A stretch of DNA of 64,000 nucleotides from Selaginella moellendorffii (GCF_000143415.4 NW_003314283.1:799955-863954); one strand, 5' to 3'; shown: positions 50,490 through 63,569, counted from the stretch's first letter. Numbers and translations: made by a program. Notes: generated by a model from the letters alone, not told the origin.

Positions 50490-52584
50490 ATGCTGCTGGA
50501 AGTGGGATCGCTGCGCAGCGCGGGCAATGGGAGCTACTGCCTGGCCACATTTCCCGGCCGGAGTGCCAAGAACAGGCAATCGCGCGTAACGATTGTATGC
50601 GCCCGGGGCAAGGCGATTGATGGCAGCAGCAGCAGCAGCGGCACCAAGAGATTCCCTTTGGGTGGCACCAGAAAGAAGATCAAAGACGAGGAAGGCAGCG
50701 ATGGCGAGCAGGAATCATCGAATGGCGCTCTGAATTTCGGCACGCAGCTCTTAAATCTCCCCTCCAGGAGGGACAAATCTTCTCCCCCGGTAAAGAGTGG
50801 AACCAAGAAAGAGCTCGCTTTGTCACTGGGTCTTCTTCGCCGAGCTCCCGACGCTAAGACAGTGTTTGTGGCTGGAGCAACTGGTCAGATCGGCGCTCGA
50901 GTCTCGCAGCAGCTACTCCGGAGTGGATTCACAGTCCGTGGAGGTGTCCGCGATCTCTACTTCGCCCAGCAGCTCGCGGAGTTCGCTACGCAGTATGGGG
51001 TGAGTGGAAAGATAGTTTGGTTTATATCCCTTGGAGGAGATTTCTCACAGTGTTCTCCGGCGCGCAGGTGATCAGCAGGGACGAAGCACGGAAGATCAAC
51101 GCAGTGGAATTCGATTTCAAGGACGTAGAGTCGATAGCAAAGGCTATAGGGAACGCAGGCAAGGTGGTGGTGACGGTCGGTCCCTCGGAGGATGGTCCTC
51201 GGGGCAAAGTCTCGGCAAAGGATGCCCTCCAAGTTCTAGAGGCGGCCAGTGTAGCACAGGTGGGGCATGTTGTGGTGGTGGCCGAGGCTGGCGGTGCGTC
51301 GAGCAGCGGCGGCGGTCCGCTGGCCTTGATCACGGATTTCTTCAGTAAGTTGTTCAGCAAGGGTGCAGAAGTCTCGACTGATTCGTTGCTCGATAGTGTT
51401 GTGGACACGGAGCTGAGGTTTACGTTTGTCAAGGTGAGCTCCACCGAGGGTGTGGATGATTTCAGCCCCGACGGAGAGAATGTAGTGCTGCTGTCTGAAG
51501 GGACGTATAACCAAGGCACGGGAAAGGTACCGATCGAAACAGCTTGCTCCTTTTCTCTTCTTACGCATTGGAGTTTCTTGTGTTCCAGGTATCGAAGTCT
51601 CAGCTCGCGTCTGTTGTAGCGGGGATCTTTGCAAACATTGCCATAGCAGAGAACAAGGTTAGTTCCCGTTCCCATGCACGTAATACGTAAAAGGGGAGTT
51701 CCTTACAAAGTTTGGCTTTGCGTTTTAGGTGGTCGAGGTTGCCACTGTTGAACCTGGATCATCCAAACCCATTGAAGAACTACTAAGGTGCTCAAGTTAT
51801 CTTTTCCTTCCTCTGTATGATTCTTCTAACCCGCGCCCCTGCCAGTGCTATACCAGAGGATGGAAGACGAGCTGCATTGGCGGAGGCGCGAGCCAAAGCG
51901 GAGGCCGAAGAGCGGCAGAGACAGCTTCGGGAGCAGGCAGAGGCCGAAGCCAAGAAAGCGCTGGAAGAGGCGAAGGATGCCGCTGCTCTCGCCAACGAGC
52001 TGGAGGAAGAGGCAAAGGAGCTGGCTAAACAGGAAGCACAGGCGGTTGCCAACGCTCAAAAAGCCAAAGACAAAGCCAAGGCCGCGGCAGCGTCGCTGGA
52101 AGCTCTGGGGGCAAAGATGAAGGATATTGGAGCTTCCATCAGCGAGACATCGCAGAATGGCTTCGGCGGTTTCTTCAAGCGAGGCATGGCTGGTCCTCCG
52201 GCCGAGGAAGAAGAAGATGTGGAGAGCAGCGGGACATCCCAGAATGGCTTTGGTGGTTTCTTCAAGAGAGGCACAGTGGCTGCCAAGAAAGAAGAAGAGA
52301 GTCAGGAGGAGGAAGAAGAGAAGCCAAAGTTTGGTCTGGGAAACTTGTTTACGAGGAGCAAGGACACAGCATCATCAGCCGAGACTCCATCGCCAGCAAA
52401 GAAAGTTCCTTCTACCAAAACGAAGACCCCAAGTCCTCCAAAGAGACGATCGCCACCACCGCCACCACCGCCAGCGATGAGGACGAAGGCTCCGAGAGAG
52501 ACGAGCAAGGCCCAAAGCTCGGCAGGAAAGAAGAGTGTGCTGGGAGGATTGTTCAAGCAAGACACGATATATATCGACGAGTAA
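50490..52584 (+). CDS. PTAC16: Plastid transcriptionally active 16 homolog (NAD(P)-binding Rossmann fold plus coiled coil), multi-exon
   Basis: Transit-peptide-like N-terminus, TVFVAGATGQIG, ESIAKAIGNAGKVVVTVG, C-terminal GGLFKQDTIYIDE. Confidence 0.88.
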
Positions 52585-52684
52585 CACGATAGTATATTGT
52601 ACAAACCATGATATCGTCTGTAAATCAATCAAAAAGAGATATTTTGCGTTGTATGCTTTTGTGTGGAGGAAGTTGCTTGCTGCT

Positions 52685-54501
52685 ATGGCGCAAAGTGGTG
52701 TGTGTGGGATTGAGAGAGCAAGGCTGTGGAGAGATGGAGGAGGAGTTTGTGCTTCTTTGAAGAATCGACCATGGCCATTGTCTCGTTTGAGAAGATTTAA
52801 GATTTCTTTGGTAGTAGCAGCAGCAGCTACTGGCGAGGAGGCCCTGATTGATGCGTTGGTTGGAGTTGGAGGGCGAGGCCGGAGTGCCAGCCAAGAACAA
52901 CTCAAGGTGAATTTCATTGTTTTACCAGAAACCATTTTCTATATTTATATTATATTGTATTTATTTTTCCAGGCAATTGCGAATGCTGTGACAGCACTTG
53001 AGTCGGAAGGAGGCATCGAAGAACCTGTGAGTGATTCAAAGGAAAGAGTGAGATTTTGAAGATTCGATTTGTGAAGACAAAGTCGGAGTTGATCGAAGGC
53101 GTATGGAGATTAATGTACACAACAAGGCCCAGCACTGCATCCCCGATTCAAGTTAAACCTTCTACTACAACCATTCGTTCATTTTATTCACTGCCTGGAC
53201 TTTTTTGTAGAGGACTTTTGTGGGAGTGGATGCATTTACAGTTTTCCAAGACATCAAACTCAGCGATCGCAGCGATCAAAGAGTGTCAAACATTGTAAAG
53301 TTTTCTGAGAAAATTGGTGAGCTCAAAGTGGAGGTAAGCAAACATAGTCTGCTCGTTTCTTTAACTTTGGAGAAATCTTCCAGGCCGAAGCCTCAGTTGC
53401 TAGCTCCAAAAGGATCAACTTTCGTTTCGACCGGGCCGCATTCTCTTTCTCGTTCCTTCCATTCAAAGTTCCATACCCGGTTCCTTTCCGTTTGCTGGGT
53501 GACGAGGCCAAAGGATGGCTCGACACAACTTATCTCTCTCCCTCTGGAAATATTCGAATCTCAAGAGGCAACAAGGTACACAATTAGACGATTAGTATAT
53601 CACTATCACATTGGTTTCTCCAGGGGACAACCTTTGTCCTGCAAAAGACCTTGGACCCCCGACAGCGGCTGCTTGCAGCTATATCCTCCAAAAAGGACGT
53701 CGAAAAGGTCTAAGAAACGAGATCTTAGTTTCTTTCAAGACTCATACTTGTTTGATCTTGAAGGTGATTGAAGAGCTGGTTGAGCTCAACTCGACGGAGT
53801 CCCCGGCAGAACTGGACGCATTGGCAGGGAAGTGGAAACTAGTTTGGAGCTCGCAAGTAACTCACAAATTACTTTCACACCTTTTCTAAAATACTTGGCA
53901 AGTTTTGTAACAGGGCAGCGACGCAAACTGGCTGCAAAAACTCACGTCGGGCCTCCCGAGCTGGCAAGTAAGTTTAAGTGTTGATGCTAATATAAGAAGA
54001 CGAAAAGATCTATAGGTACAAAGATCCATACATATTTACATAAAAGAATGTGCTGCAGATTGTTAAAGCAGCAAGCGGCGATCTCGAAAATCTGGTGGAG
54101 CTGCTGCCCGGATTTCTGAGCCTGAAAGCCAGAGCAACGTCAGAGTAAGCACTTTGTCTTCCATTCATAATTGCGATTAAATTACCATTAACGTGCTAAA
54201 TCCAGAGCCACCTCTAAAACGCGGCGTCATGTACGGATACAAGGAGCGGCCGTACAGCTGTTGGGCGGATCGGTTTCGGTTCCTCTCAACATCGAAGGCG
54301 CCGGCTACGTAGAGCTGACGTGAGCATATTCTGTCACCTAGACAAATATTCTGCCATCACCCGCGGCATATTCTGTCTCTTTGACGTACATTCCGTCACG
54401 ACCTTTTTTTTTCTTTCAGGTATCTGGACAAGAGGATGAGAATTAGCAGAGGGAACAGAGGGAGCACATTCGTGCACGTCCGCGACGACGACCAGAATTG
54501 A
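52685..54501 (+). CDS. FBN10: Plastid lipid-associated protein/fibrillin with two PAP domains (FBN10/PAP12-like), multi-exon
   Basis: GRGRSAS, LIEGVWRLMYTTRPSTASPIQ, RVSNIVKFSEKIGELKVE, FKVPYPVPFRLLGDEAKGWLDTTYLSPSGN and a final YLDKRMRISRGNRGSTFVH. Confidence 0.85.
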
Positions 54502-54896
54502 TCCATTATATGTTTTTGATTGATTGATTGAATTGATTGACAACAACAACGAACGACGATGGAAAATTATGCCTGTTCTACATGATCTTCCCCTTCCCCT
54601 CCTCCTGTAATAATAATAGTAATAAGTATTGTTCATACAAGCCCCCGCCCCATCCCCGTGTGATCTTATATAAAACTTGGTACAAATACTGTTACTTGGA
54701 CCTCCTCGTGTTTTTTTTGGGATGTTTTTTCCTTCCATAGCTTCGAATGTAGCAACTTTTGTGTGTCAGATGTGCGGCCTGTGACTGATTATACATGCCC
54801 GACTCCAAAGTGAAAGAGGAAAGAAAGACTAGAGCTGAGTGAGAGCGTTTGTAATGCACCTCGCGCGCGAAGTAGCAAAGCCCCCGAGCTTTGCTC

Positions 54897-57155
54897 TCAC
54901 CTCTTGTTGATGTTAGCCCGGGAAAGAATGCGCTTCCCGAAAGGGCTGCTGCGTAGCACTGGAACGTGTGGGCGAATAGCGTCCACTAACGCCGTGTGTA
55001 AAGATCCCTGCAAACGTTTCCAAGCACGAGATGGAGCAAAAATCGCTTTTTTCTTTGAGGTACCTTTGCGACAGAGAGAGCACACTGGATGACGTAGTTC
55101 GCAAAAGGATCCTGGAGCAGCTGGCTCAGCAGGGAGCTGGTGATGATCTCGCGAATGATCAGAGCGCGCGAGTCCTCGGACGACTGCTTGAGGCACTTCT
55201 CCACGACATTGCTGCTAAACTTTTGCATGGCGAGCAACGCGAAGTTCCCTTCCAGCCTGTAGATGACGTCCAGAGTTATCCAAGATTGTTCGAGGTCGAG
55301 GATGTACTGAACGACATAGTTACTGCAAAAGGGAAAGGACGGCGTTTAAAGTTAAGGCAAAACCCCAAGTGTAAGTGCTGTACCCGTATTGGTCTTGCGA
55401 AAGAATCAGAGCATTTGCGGCGATCTCGGAAACAAGAAAATGGCACTGTGTTCCCGAGGCAAAGTCAATACAGCGCTGGAGTACGCAGCAGCCATGCCTG
55501 TGTGTACCAATATCCACACAGTGCCGTGCCGCCGCATCAATAATAAACTGCGATCAGAGAGTTGTCAACGAAAACGAGAAATCTTTGGCACTGCTCGTAC
55601 CTGGATATCTTCGTTACTGAGCTTTTGCAAGCATTTCTGGACGACGTGATTTCCATTAGAATCCTTGATAAGAGTCACTACGCCTTGCATGAGCGAGCTT
55701 GTCACCATGGAAACTTGCTCTGGCGACTTGAGTGTCTCTATCAGTTTTTGAACAGCACGTGTACTGCAAACAGCAACAGACACAAGAGTTAGTGATTGGA
55801 AAAGAAAAAAAAGGAAGAAACACAGTCAGTCAGTCATGAAAAATTCTCTATTTTCTTCCTTTTTCTCTCGGTCTCTCAACATCATACCCGTGCATATTCA
55901 AGGAGATGTTGACGAGCTCCCCGTTTCTGGTGACGACACGCAAAATCTCCCTGCGCTGCGTGTCGTTGGAAACCTCCAGGAGTTTTTGGACGAGGTAGTT
56001 CCCGAAAGGGTCAGTCATCAAGTCTACAAGGTGATCAATCACCTCCGCAAAGATCTTGTCAATCTCCTCCAAACTCCCCTCACTAAACTTCTTCTGCAAG
56101 AACCGGCAGCCGTGCTGATCCTTGGCGGTCTCGTAAATCCGCCCCTCAATCTCCTCCAGCGACGTAAACTTCTGCTGCTGCTGTTGCGTCGAATCGTAGA
56201 GCCCCCTGAATTCCCCGCTAAGATCACTCTCCTGCGACTCGGTGCTCGCCGAGCGCTTCTCACTGCTCGTCTCATCGTCACGGGCAACCTTCCTCCGGGC
56301 CAAACTCATCGACGCAAACGAGTTGGACAACCCCTTAATCGACGGCGCTTTCCTGCCCGAGAGCGATCTCTCCGCCATGGACGCAGCCAGCGAAGAAGGT
56401 TGATCCCTGGCCGTGGTGTGAAGAAACGGGCAGTTCTCTCCCCGGCTACAAACTCCCTGTAAGTAGAACCGACACACATTCCTATTGCTGCCAGCTCCGG
56501 AGCGAGGAGACCCCTCCAGATTCCCTGACGCTTGAAGTGCTTCCTGGTAACGCTGCTCGGACGAGCACCAAAAATTCCGGAGCGCTGCCAATTGCTGTAC
56601 CTGCCTGGCAAGAGGATTCTCCAGCGAAGAATATCTTACACCGCCACCGCCATTGGCGCGATGGTGAGAGTAGAATCCTCCTGCTGCCCCTGGATTGCCA
56701 TAGAACTGATCACCGTGCTGCTGCCCAGCGTAGAAGGCGGCGTCGATCATCAGCTTTTGCTGCTGCTGCCTCTGGCGAGCCCTCTCCTCGGCAATCTGTT
56801 GCTGGAGAAGAAGCCGCTGCTGGAAGAGCGCTACCATGTCGAGATTATCGTCATCCACAGCGTCTTGCTGGAACCGATTGCTGCGATCGTATTCTAGGAA
56901 GGAGGAATTGTTTACCAGGTGATGCTGATGCCACGCCGCTGCCGCCTGGTGGTGATCGTACACGAAAGGCGCCGCTCCCATCGCGCTAGTGTACATTGCG
57001 CCGTCGTCGTCGCGGTCGGCTGCGATCTGGAAATCCCTGGACATGATCAGCGGCGCCGTGCCGTTCTTGCCGGGATCCAGCAGCGCGTAATCGAGACCTC
57101 GGCTCCCAAGATCGTCGCGAGAAAAGCTGGATGACGATGCTGCGGATGAATGCAT
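54897..57155 (-). CDS. Pumilio/PUF RNA-binding protein with an upstream CCCH zinc finger, multi-exon
   Basis: CRFYLQGVCSRGENCPFLH, then PUF repeats (DQHGCRFLQ, DPFGNYLVQ, NGNHVVQ, HGCCVLQ, FSSNVVEK, FANYVIQ). Confidence 0.9.
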
Positions 57156-57538
57156 GGCGCCGCTGGCGCGATCGACGATCCCGCTGCTGGCCGGCCAAGA
57201 ATCGCGCTTCCCTATCTAGGATCGATCGATCGATCTATCGCGGCGAGGGAAATAAAAAAGGGGGATGGCCTAAATTGGCCACATTAACCCAAACCCGGAG
57301 CTGTCCGTGCCGTTTGAGCCATCGCCCTAAACCTTAAACCTCCCGCCCGTACGGCACGTTTGTGTGGTGGCGGTCGTGTACGGTCGTCGTTTTGAATGCC
57401 GGGGGGCGTTTTAGAGAGAAACTTCTAGCCGCCTAGATACGGCGCCAACCAGCCTACGGGTGGGACCCACGTGGCGCCGCCGCCATGGGCATAGACACAT
57501 GTTTCTCTTTCTCTCACGCCATCAGGAACCCTAAATTT

Positions 57539-57858
57539 TCACGACGAGGATCCCCCAAATCTCTCATTGAGCAGGGATTTAAATTCCTGGTAGCTCAGCT
57601 GCTGCTGGCCGCCCTCCCGCAGCGCTTGGTGGAGCTCCGCGCGCCGCTGCGCCTCGATCAGGGTCACCTTGTCATCTGGAGCGCAAATTCCTCTCAACAA
57701 TCCGGAATCCGATTCGAGCAGCAAGGGATGGATGCGGGGTACTTACAGAAGCCCGTCTTGATCATGAAACCCTCGATCGCCGCGCCGAAAATCGCCGAGA
57801 CGATGGCGACCTTTGCGTACCATTGGCGGTGCTGGACAAGATCGCGCAAGAGCGGCAT
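57539..57858 (-). CDS. Small membrane protein, SMIM4/UPF0640-like, 82 aa
   Basis: join(57747-57858, 57539-57675). Protein MPLLRDLVQHRQWYAKVAIVSAIFGAAIEGFMIKTGFYDKVT..., with one hydrophobic helix and a GA.IE.FMIKTGFYD motif. Confidence 0.7.
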
Positions 57859-57948
57859 TGGTTTGACCTAGATTCGAGCCCGAGACCCCCTTTTTCAAAG
57901 GCCGAGATATAAACCCCCCTAGAACCCTTTAGACCACGTCTAGGGTTT

Positions 57949-59541
57949 ATGGAAGACGTGGGAGAATATCGGTTGCTTCACAAGATCGGCGTTGGATCGT
58001 TTGCCACGGTATGGAAAGCTATGCACAAGATCACTGGCGAGATCGTCGCGATCAAGGTGATCGTCCCGCGGATGGATCAGCTCCGCCAGCAGCTGGAACT
58101 GATCGCGCAGGAGCAAGCCATCATGAAATCGATCGCACATCCAAACGTCGTCAAGCTCCTGGGGATGATCAGCGAGGATGAGCACGACGAGCTCTCCACG
58201 AGGTACCTGGTGATGGAGTTCTGCGAGGGTGGCGATCTGGATCACTACATTCACCTCAACAAGAAGCTCAGCGCTGGGGTCGCGAGGACGATCATGCTCC
58301 AGCTATCGGCGGCGCTCCAAGAGCTCCGGAGGATGAACTTGATCCACCGGGACCTCAAGCCCCACAATCTCCTGCTCAAGAACAAGGTCGCGCCGGGGTC
58401 AGATCCAGAGGGAGAAGAGATCGTGGTGAAGCTCACGGATTTTGGGCTGGCGAGGAAGCTCCAGCCGCAAGGAATGGCGCAAACGATGTGTGGAACGTAT
58501 CTCTACATGGCCCCGGAAGTGATCTCGCACAACAAGTATGACGCCAAGGCCGATCTCTGGAGCGTCGGGGTGATGCTCTACCAGATGATCACTGGGCGGA
58601 GGCCGTTCGAGGCCTGCAGTAGCGAAGATCTCTTCCGCAAGCTCGGGAACAAGGTCCAGTTTCGAGGAGAGGATTGCTGGGATCCGGATTGCCGCGATCT
58701 TTGCGAGGGGCTGCTGAGGAAGAATCCCTTGGAGAGGATATCTTTCGAGGAGTTCTTCAATCACAAGTTCCTGCGAGGATCGAGCAAAGCTGCACTGGTT
58801 TGCGATGAATTAAAAGCCGACAGCGTTGCGATCTTACACCGAGCGCCAAGGCCACTGGAGACGATCCCCGGGGATCGCCAGCGGCCTGTGAGAGGGAGGA
58901 ATCCACTGATGGACTCGATTGAAGAGAGGATTGCCAGAGAGTATGTGATGGTGTCTAGCCCCAGCTCTTCAAAGAACAAGCATCCTCACTGCCCGATTCC
59001 AAAGCCAGCACCGCCGCCGCCGCGTGCGCATCCACCGAGCAAGAATTCGAGCAAGGAAGATCTGGAGCGCAGCGAAACCCTGCGAATCTGCGCCAAATTG
59101 CTCGGCGAAGTGGCAAGATTCAAGCTACAAGACAGTAAGAAGCTTGAATCCCTCTCGCTCTGCCTCGCCGCGCTTGGATCGCTCAAGCGCGCCTTGAGCA
59201 TTGCCACCACGCCCCAGCTCTTGGAGGATTTCTCGGCCGCCCTGGACGAAGCCGAGGCCGTAGCGGCGAATCTCGACAGGAGCTCGGATCAGGCGCTGCC
59301 AGATGCGGCGGAGATAATCTATCAGGCAGCGCTGGCGGCAGGGAGAGCCGGGGCAGTGGACGAGATCCTGGAGAAGCGAGGGCGAGCATCGGTCGAGTAT
59401 GCCAAGGCATCAACGTTGCTCTTCTTTCTCATCATGGATGACTCCCCGATCCACCTACATTCGTTAGATGTTGCTAGCGCACACCATTGCTTCCACGCTA
59501 TAACAGTGCGTCACAAGCAGTGCAAGAACGCCAGCCACTGA
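57949..59541 (+). CDS. ATG1: ATG1/ULK-like Ser/Thr kinase, intronless, 530 aa
   Basis: IGVGSFATVW, VAIK, HRDLKPHNLLL, DFG, KYDAKADLWSVG, AIM-like EYVMV, and an ATG1-type C-terminus (LPDAAEIIYQAAL..GRAGAVDE). Confidence 0.85.
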   Translation: MEDVGEYRLLHKIGVGSFATVWKAMHKITGEIVAIKVIVPRMDQLRQQLELIAQEQAIMKSIAHPNVVKLLGMISEDEHDELSTRYLVMEFCEGGDLDHYIHLNKKLSAGVARTIMLQLSAALQELRRMNLIHRDLKPHNLLLKNKVAPGSDPEGEEIVVKLTDFGLARKLQPQGMAQTMCGTYLYMAPEVISHNKYDAKADLWSVGVMLYQMITGRRPFEACSSEDLFRKLGNKVQFRGEDCWDPDCRDLCEGLLRKNPLERISFEEFFNHKFLRGSSKAALVCDELKADSVAILHRAPRPLETIPGDRQRPVRGRNPLMDSIEERIAREYVMVSSPSSSKNKHPHCPIPKPAPPPPRAHPPSKNSSKEDLERSETLRICAKLLGEVARFKLQDSKKLESLSLCLAALGSLKRALSIATTPQLLEDFSAALDEAEAVAANLDRSSDQALPDAAEIIYQAALAAGRAGAVDEILEKRGRASVEYAKASTLLFFLIMDDSPIHLHSLDVASAHHCFHAITVRHKQCKNASH

Positions 59542-59784
59542 TTTCTTTAAATTATATTAATACTAAATAATACTTCATTTATTAGTTTGTAGCCATAATT
59601 ATTTTTTATTTTTATTATTTTATTTAAAAGAGTGTTTTTTCTTTTACGAATATTTTATCTTATTATACCAAATGTTTCATTATAGTTTATTCAATTTGCA
59701 CTCAATGTTAATATGTGATTTCCAATGTATTTATTCATTTATCTAGATATAAAATTGATATTTTGGGGCTCAATATATCAAGTT

Positions 59785-60017
59785 ATGGGTAGTTCAAAAT
59801 TTTTAATTATATTACTACTTCTAGCATATTTAATAGTTACACAATCCCGTGATTTATTTAATAATACTATATCTAGAACAGGTAAATTATATTTAAACTT
59901 TTTCTAATTCATTTTTATAGTTATATTCTTTCAGTGCCATGTCTTCCACAATATCATGCATGTTGGCCAATATTTTCTGTATGTTGTGATGATAGAACTT
60001 GTGTTTTTGTTTGTTAG
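59785..60017 (+). CDS. Secreted six-cysteine knottin-type peptide, 59 aa
   Basis: join(59785-59881, 59935-60017) with a 53-nt GT-AG intron: MGSSKFLIILLLLAYLIVTQSRDLFNNTISRTVPCLPQYHACWPIFSVCCDDRTCVFVC*. Confidence 0.75.
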
Positions 60018-60879
60018 TATAGTTTGGTATTATTAAAAATTTCTTATACTAATTTGATTTCTATTTGTGGAAAAAGTTATTTATTAAAAATTAATTCATA
60101 TTTATACTAATATAAAACTTTCCATTTTATGATAATATATATTTTTGTTCTCAATTTTATATTTATAGTTCCCCCTTTTGCCTTTAGAAATCATTGAGGA
60201 TGTATGTTGAACAACATAGAAAAGACTACAAGCATTGACAATGTCAAGAATATTGATGTTATAGTTCTACTTGACTAAAAACTTTTATATTAGAAGCACA
60301 CCACCCTTCCTAACCTCTAATCCTACCAATTCCTGACTGATCCTAAGGTCTATTGCTCTAATTCTTGCTCTTCTTCCAATACCTAATTGTGTGCATCAAG
60401 ATCTTACTCTTGCTCTACATACACTTCTTCCATTATTTGAGTTATCTTGAGCCAACAACACTAGGTCGTTCTTGGGCTAACTTTCTCTAGTTATAGAACA
60501 TAGAAGTAGACACATTAGCTTGCATGTACACCATTTTGTAATTCTCTATATGTGAAGTAAAATCATAAGGTCTTCTTAATATAAAAACATAGATATAAAA
60601 CTCAGTTTGTGCCTGCATTTTATCCATAACTTTAGCTTTTGATCTCTCTGTTTTTGTTCTTCTTCAAGCTGGATTGTATAGTCAATCAAGGCATGTTCTC
60701 AATGCCTAGATGACAGCAGCATGTTCTTCACCTTGTTGGAGCTGGTGCATTGTTGGTTTCGCATAATCTAAGCTTTTGGAATGGGTTAATCTAACAGCCC
60801 AATGCTAAAGGTATTGCATTCCAAAAGGGAAGAATTTAGGATACCTTCCAAGTCATCTTGAAGATGTCATACATTAGGG

Positions 60880-61800
60880 CTTTCTGTTGTGTCCATTAGT
60901 GTAGTGTGCTTAATCCCAATTTATCTCATGGTATTGGAGTTGGGATAGTGCTATGGAAGGAAAACCATCCATCTGCAAGTTTGATGAAGAAGGTTTTGAG
61001 GGATTCAAGGTCCATTTTGAATCCTACCTCTTGTTTCATGGTTTATTGGGGGTTGTAGATAGGACAGAGCTGGGGCTCTAGCATTGTTGAGGTGCATGAC
61101 TGGATTCCAAGACTAGAAGGAGCATTGCAATGTGCCTGTTGCTACTTCATTAATTCCCAAATTCATTTTTGCAGCACTCTGGAAATGTTTGAGTACCTAC
61201 AGCACCAAGAGTGAGATGGATATCTTCAACATCCATTCACAAATAGACTCCCTTAGGGTAGAGGAAAATGGTATTATATAGATTTATATTGCCAAGCTCT
61301 AGGGCTTCTTCACACAGCTTGCAACTGTTGGAGAATGAGTATGGCCATCTCAACTCAGCAAGCAGCCCTTGAGCTTAGACTAGTTCCCTGCTAAAAGTAG
61401 TGAGTGCAATGTACTTGGCTTCTATGTTAGAAAACACTACCACAAGTTGTTGCTTGGAGGCCCATGCAATGACACTTCTTGAGAAGCAAAAGCAGATTCT
61501 AGAAGTTGAGAAATGGCCTTTATTGTTAGCAAAGATAACATTGATGTAGCATATCAATAATGCATCACCTCCCGAATAAAAAATGCACTTGGCAGCCACA
61601 AGCACAAAAAAGATACACACACTAGCCATTTTGATAACCAGTGAAAATGTTACATCATAATGAAGGCCATAGGCAAGATGAATTTCTTTTTGGGATCTAG
61701 CTTTTTCAAAAGTTGATCAAGGATATGTGTATAGAAAGTGGGACATATTAGGACTAGAGTCTATCCAAACCATGGTGTGAGCAGCATGCAACAGATTTGG
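60880..61800. mobile_element. Ty1/copia remnants (gag-like on +, RNase H-like on -)
   Basis: FESYLLFHGLLGVVD (gag N-terminus-like) and IAWASKQQLVVVFSNIEAKYIAL (copia RNase H-like). Confidence 0.6.
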
Positions 61801-62089
61801 TTTGGTAAGTGACACTCCTCACCACATATACAGTAGGGCTTGATTTGTATCAGAAGAGTGACCTTAAAACCCTCTACTACGAGCCAAGTCGAGAGCTTTC
61901 ATCAAGCCACCCAGCTCGGTTGTCCTTCACGCACGTCATTGTTCTTGGAACTCCTTCGATTGCTGTAAGTTTCTTTCCTTGTTCTTAGTTCTTCATATCT
62001 TACCGACAATTTATGTAGCTCGGGTATACTTCTTGGACGCAAGCTGATACGAAACATTATACATTTTATGGTGACCTCCTCTCGGGAAC

Positions 62090-63400
62090 TTGGGATGTAT
62101 GGGGAAGCATAGCTGGCCATAAAGGAGTATGTTTTCTATTCAAGTTCATGCATTGTTTAGCTGATTTCTTATCTTGGCATGCAGGCGTTAGTAGCAGCCG
62201 CTATTGGTAGCCATGGCAATCGAACAAAAGGAGAAAAGCTTTACAATTGCTTTACATTATTATTTCCTTCACTGTAAGTCATGTACATTTATTCCAGTTA
62301 CATACCGAGTAAAAGTCCTTGTGCAGGTTCCAACTTATAGTGCTGATGTGCCAAACACCTGCAAGGAACTTTGGGTGTTCGCTAATTCTCTTTTGTCTCT
62401 ATTTTCTTAAGTTTGGTCCTTTTCAGTTGGTATCATATATGGCGGGATTGTTTTTTCAATGCTTGGGCTAGTTGTTTGCTGCGCAGCAGCCCATACGGGA
62501 AAATAATTTTGTGCCAAACAAACCTTAAGAAGGCGTGAGGAGCTCTCGATCAATGGTTCCATATGCCTCTTGGAGCTCTACTTTGATCGGGCTTTGTTTC
62601 ATCACTGAAACACCTCGCTGGGAAAAGAGTTCAATTTTCTCCTCAATATTGGAAATGCCGATCGTAGCAAAGATCTTGCTGCGGCTCTTCAGAAACTAGG
62701 AGGAAAAGATTATAACATAAGCTCGGAGCTTTCAGAGATTCAGGTAATGGGAACGTTTAGTTTTCACTATAACATGAAGTGCATTAGAACGTTGCAGAGA
62801 TATCCGCTAGTTACAGAGCTATTTCAATTACGACTCTCCCAAGCTCTTTCTTCCTTTGTCTGTTTGTCTCAACACGAATATTTTTTCTGTATAGCCAGGA
62901 ATAGACCTCATGGCCTCACAGCAATTTACTGGAGTCAACACAGTCATGCTCTATGCCGTTGAAATTTTCCGTACAGTCTAGCTACTTCTTGCAGGATTTA
63001 TGTTAGCAAACGCAGCTTCCTTGGTTCTACCCATGTTGCAAGTAATTCTTGTGTATTGATTTTTTGCACGAAAGATCGTTTTCTGTATAACAGGTAACCG
63101 TGACACTCACCTTGGAAAAGGCTGGATGTTGCTGGTATGAGATCTATACTAACAGCGTCTAAATCATGTATAGTTATCATCCGGAGGCATGGCTCTCAGC
63201 GCTTTTCTTGTGGGATTCTCATTCTTTCTACGTGTAAGCTTAAAAAGATGCAATGACTTGCGAATGTTCGTGTAGCATTTTTTTTTCCTCGCGACAGAAC
63301 TCATTCATTACCTTCTGGTAAGAAAAACCTTTTAAGTAAGCGTTCTAACTAAGTGACGCATCTTTCGATCCCAGTGCAGAAGCTCCCAAAGCTAGCTATA
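62090..63400 (+). pseudogene. ERD6-like/MFS sugar transporter remnant
   Basis: Exon fragments VPTY.A, LQKLGGKDYNISSELSEIQ and GI.LMA.QQFTGVNTVMLYAVEIF, with frameshifts. Confidence 0.6.
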
Positions 63401-63569
63401 TGGTCTAGAGTTTGGTTTGAAAATTGAAAGAAGTCAATCCAATTTTATGTTGTATCGTTTTCTTTTGGTCCCGGAAAGTATGTCAACCGGAAGCCTTAAA
63501 TTGGGCGCCTTTCTAAATTGAAGATAGAAAATGGTGAAATTCCCTAAAACTTTTTAGGCGATTGGAGCT

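Noticed and set aside
51022-51675. Long antisense ORFs over PTAC16 and the PUF gene
   Set aside because: GC-rich antisense shadows of well-supported genes.
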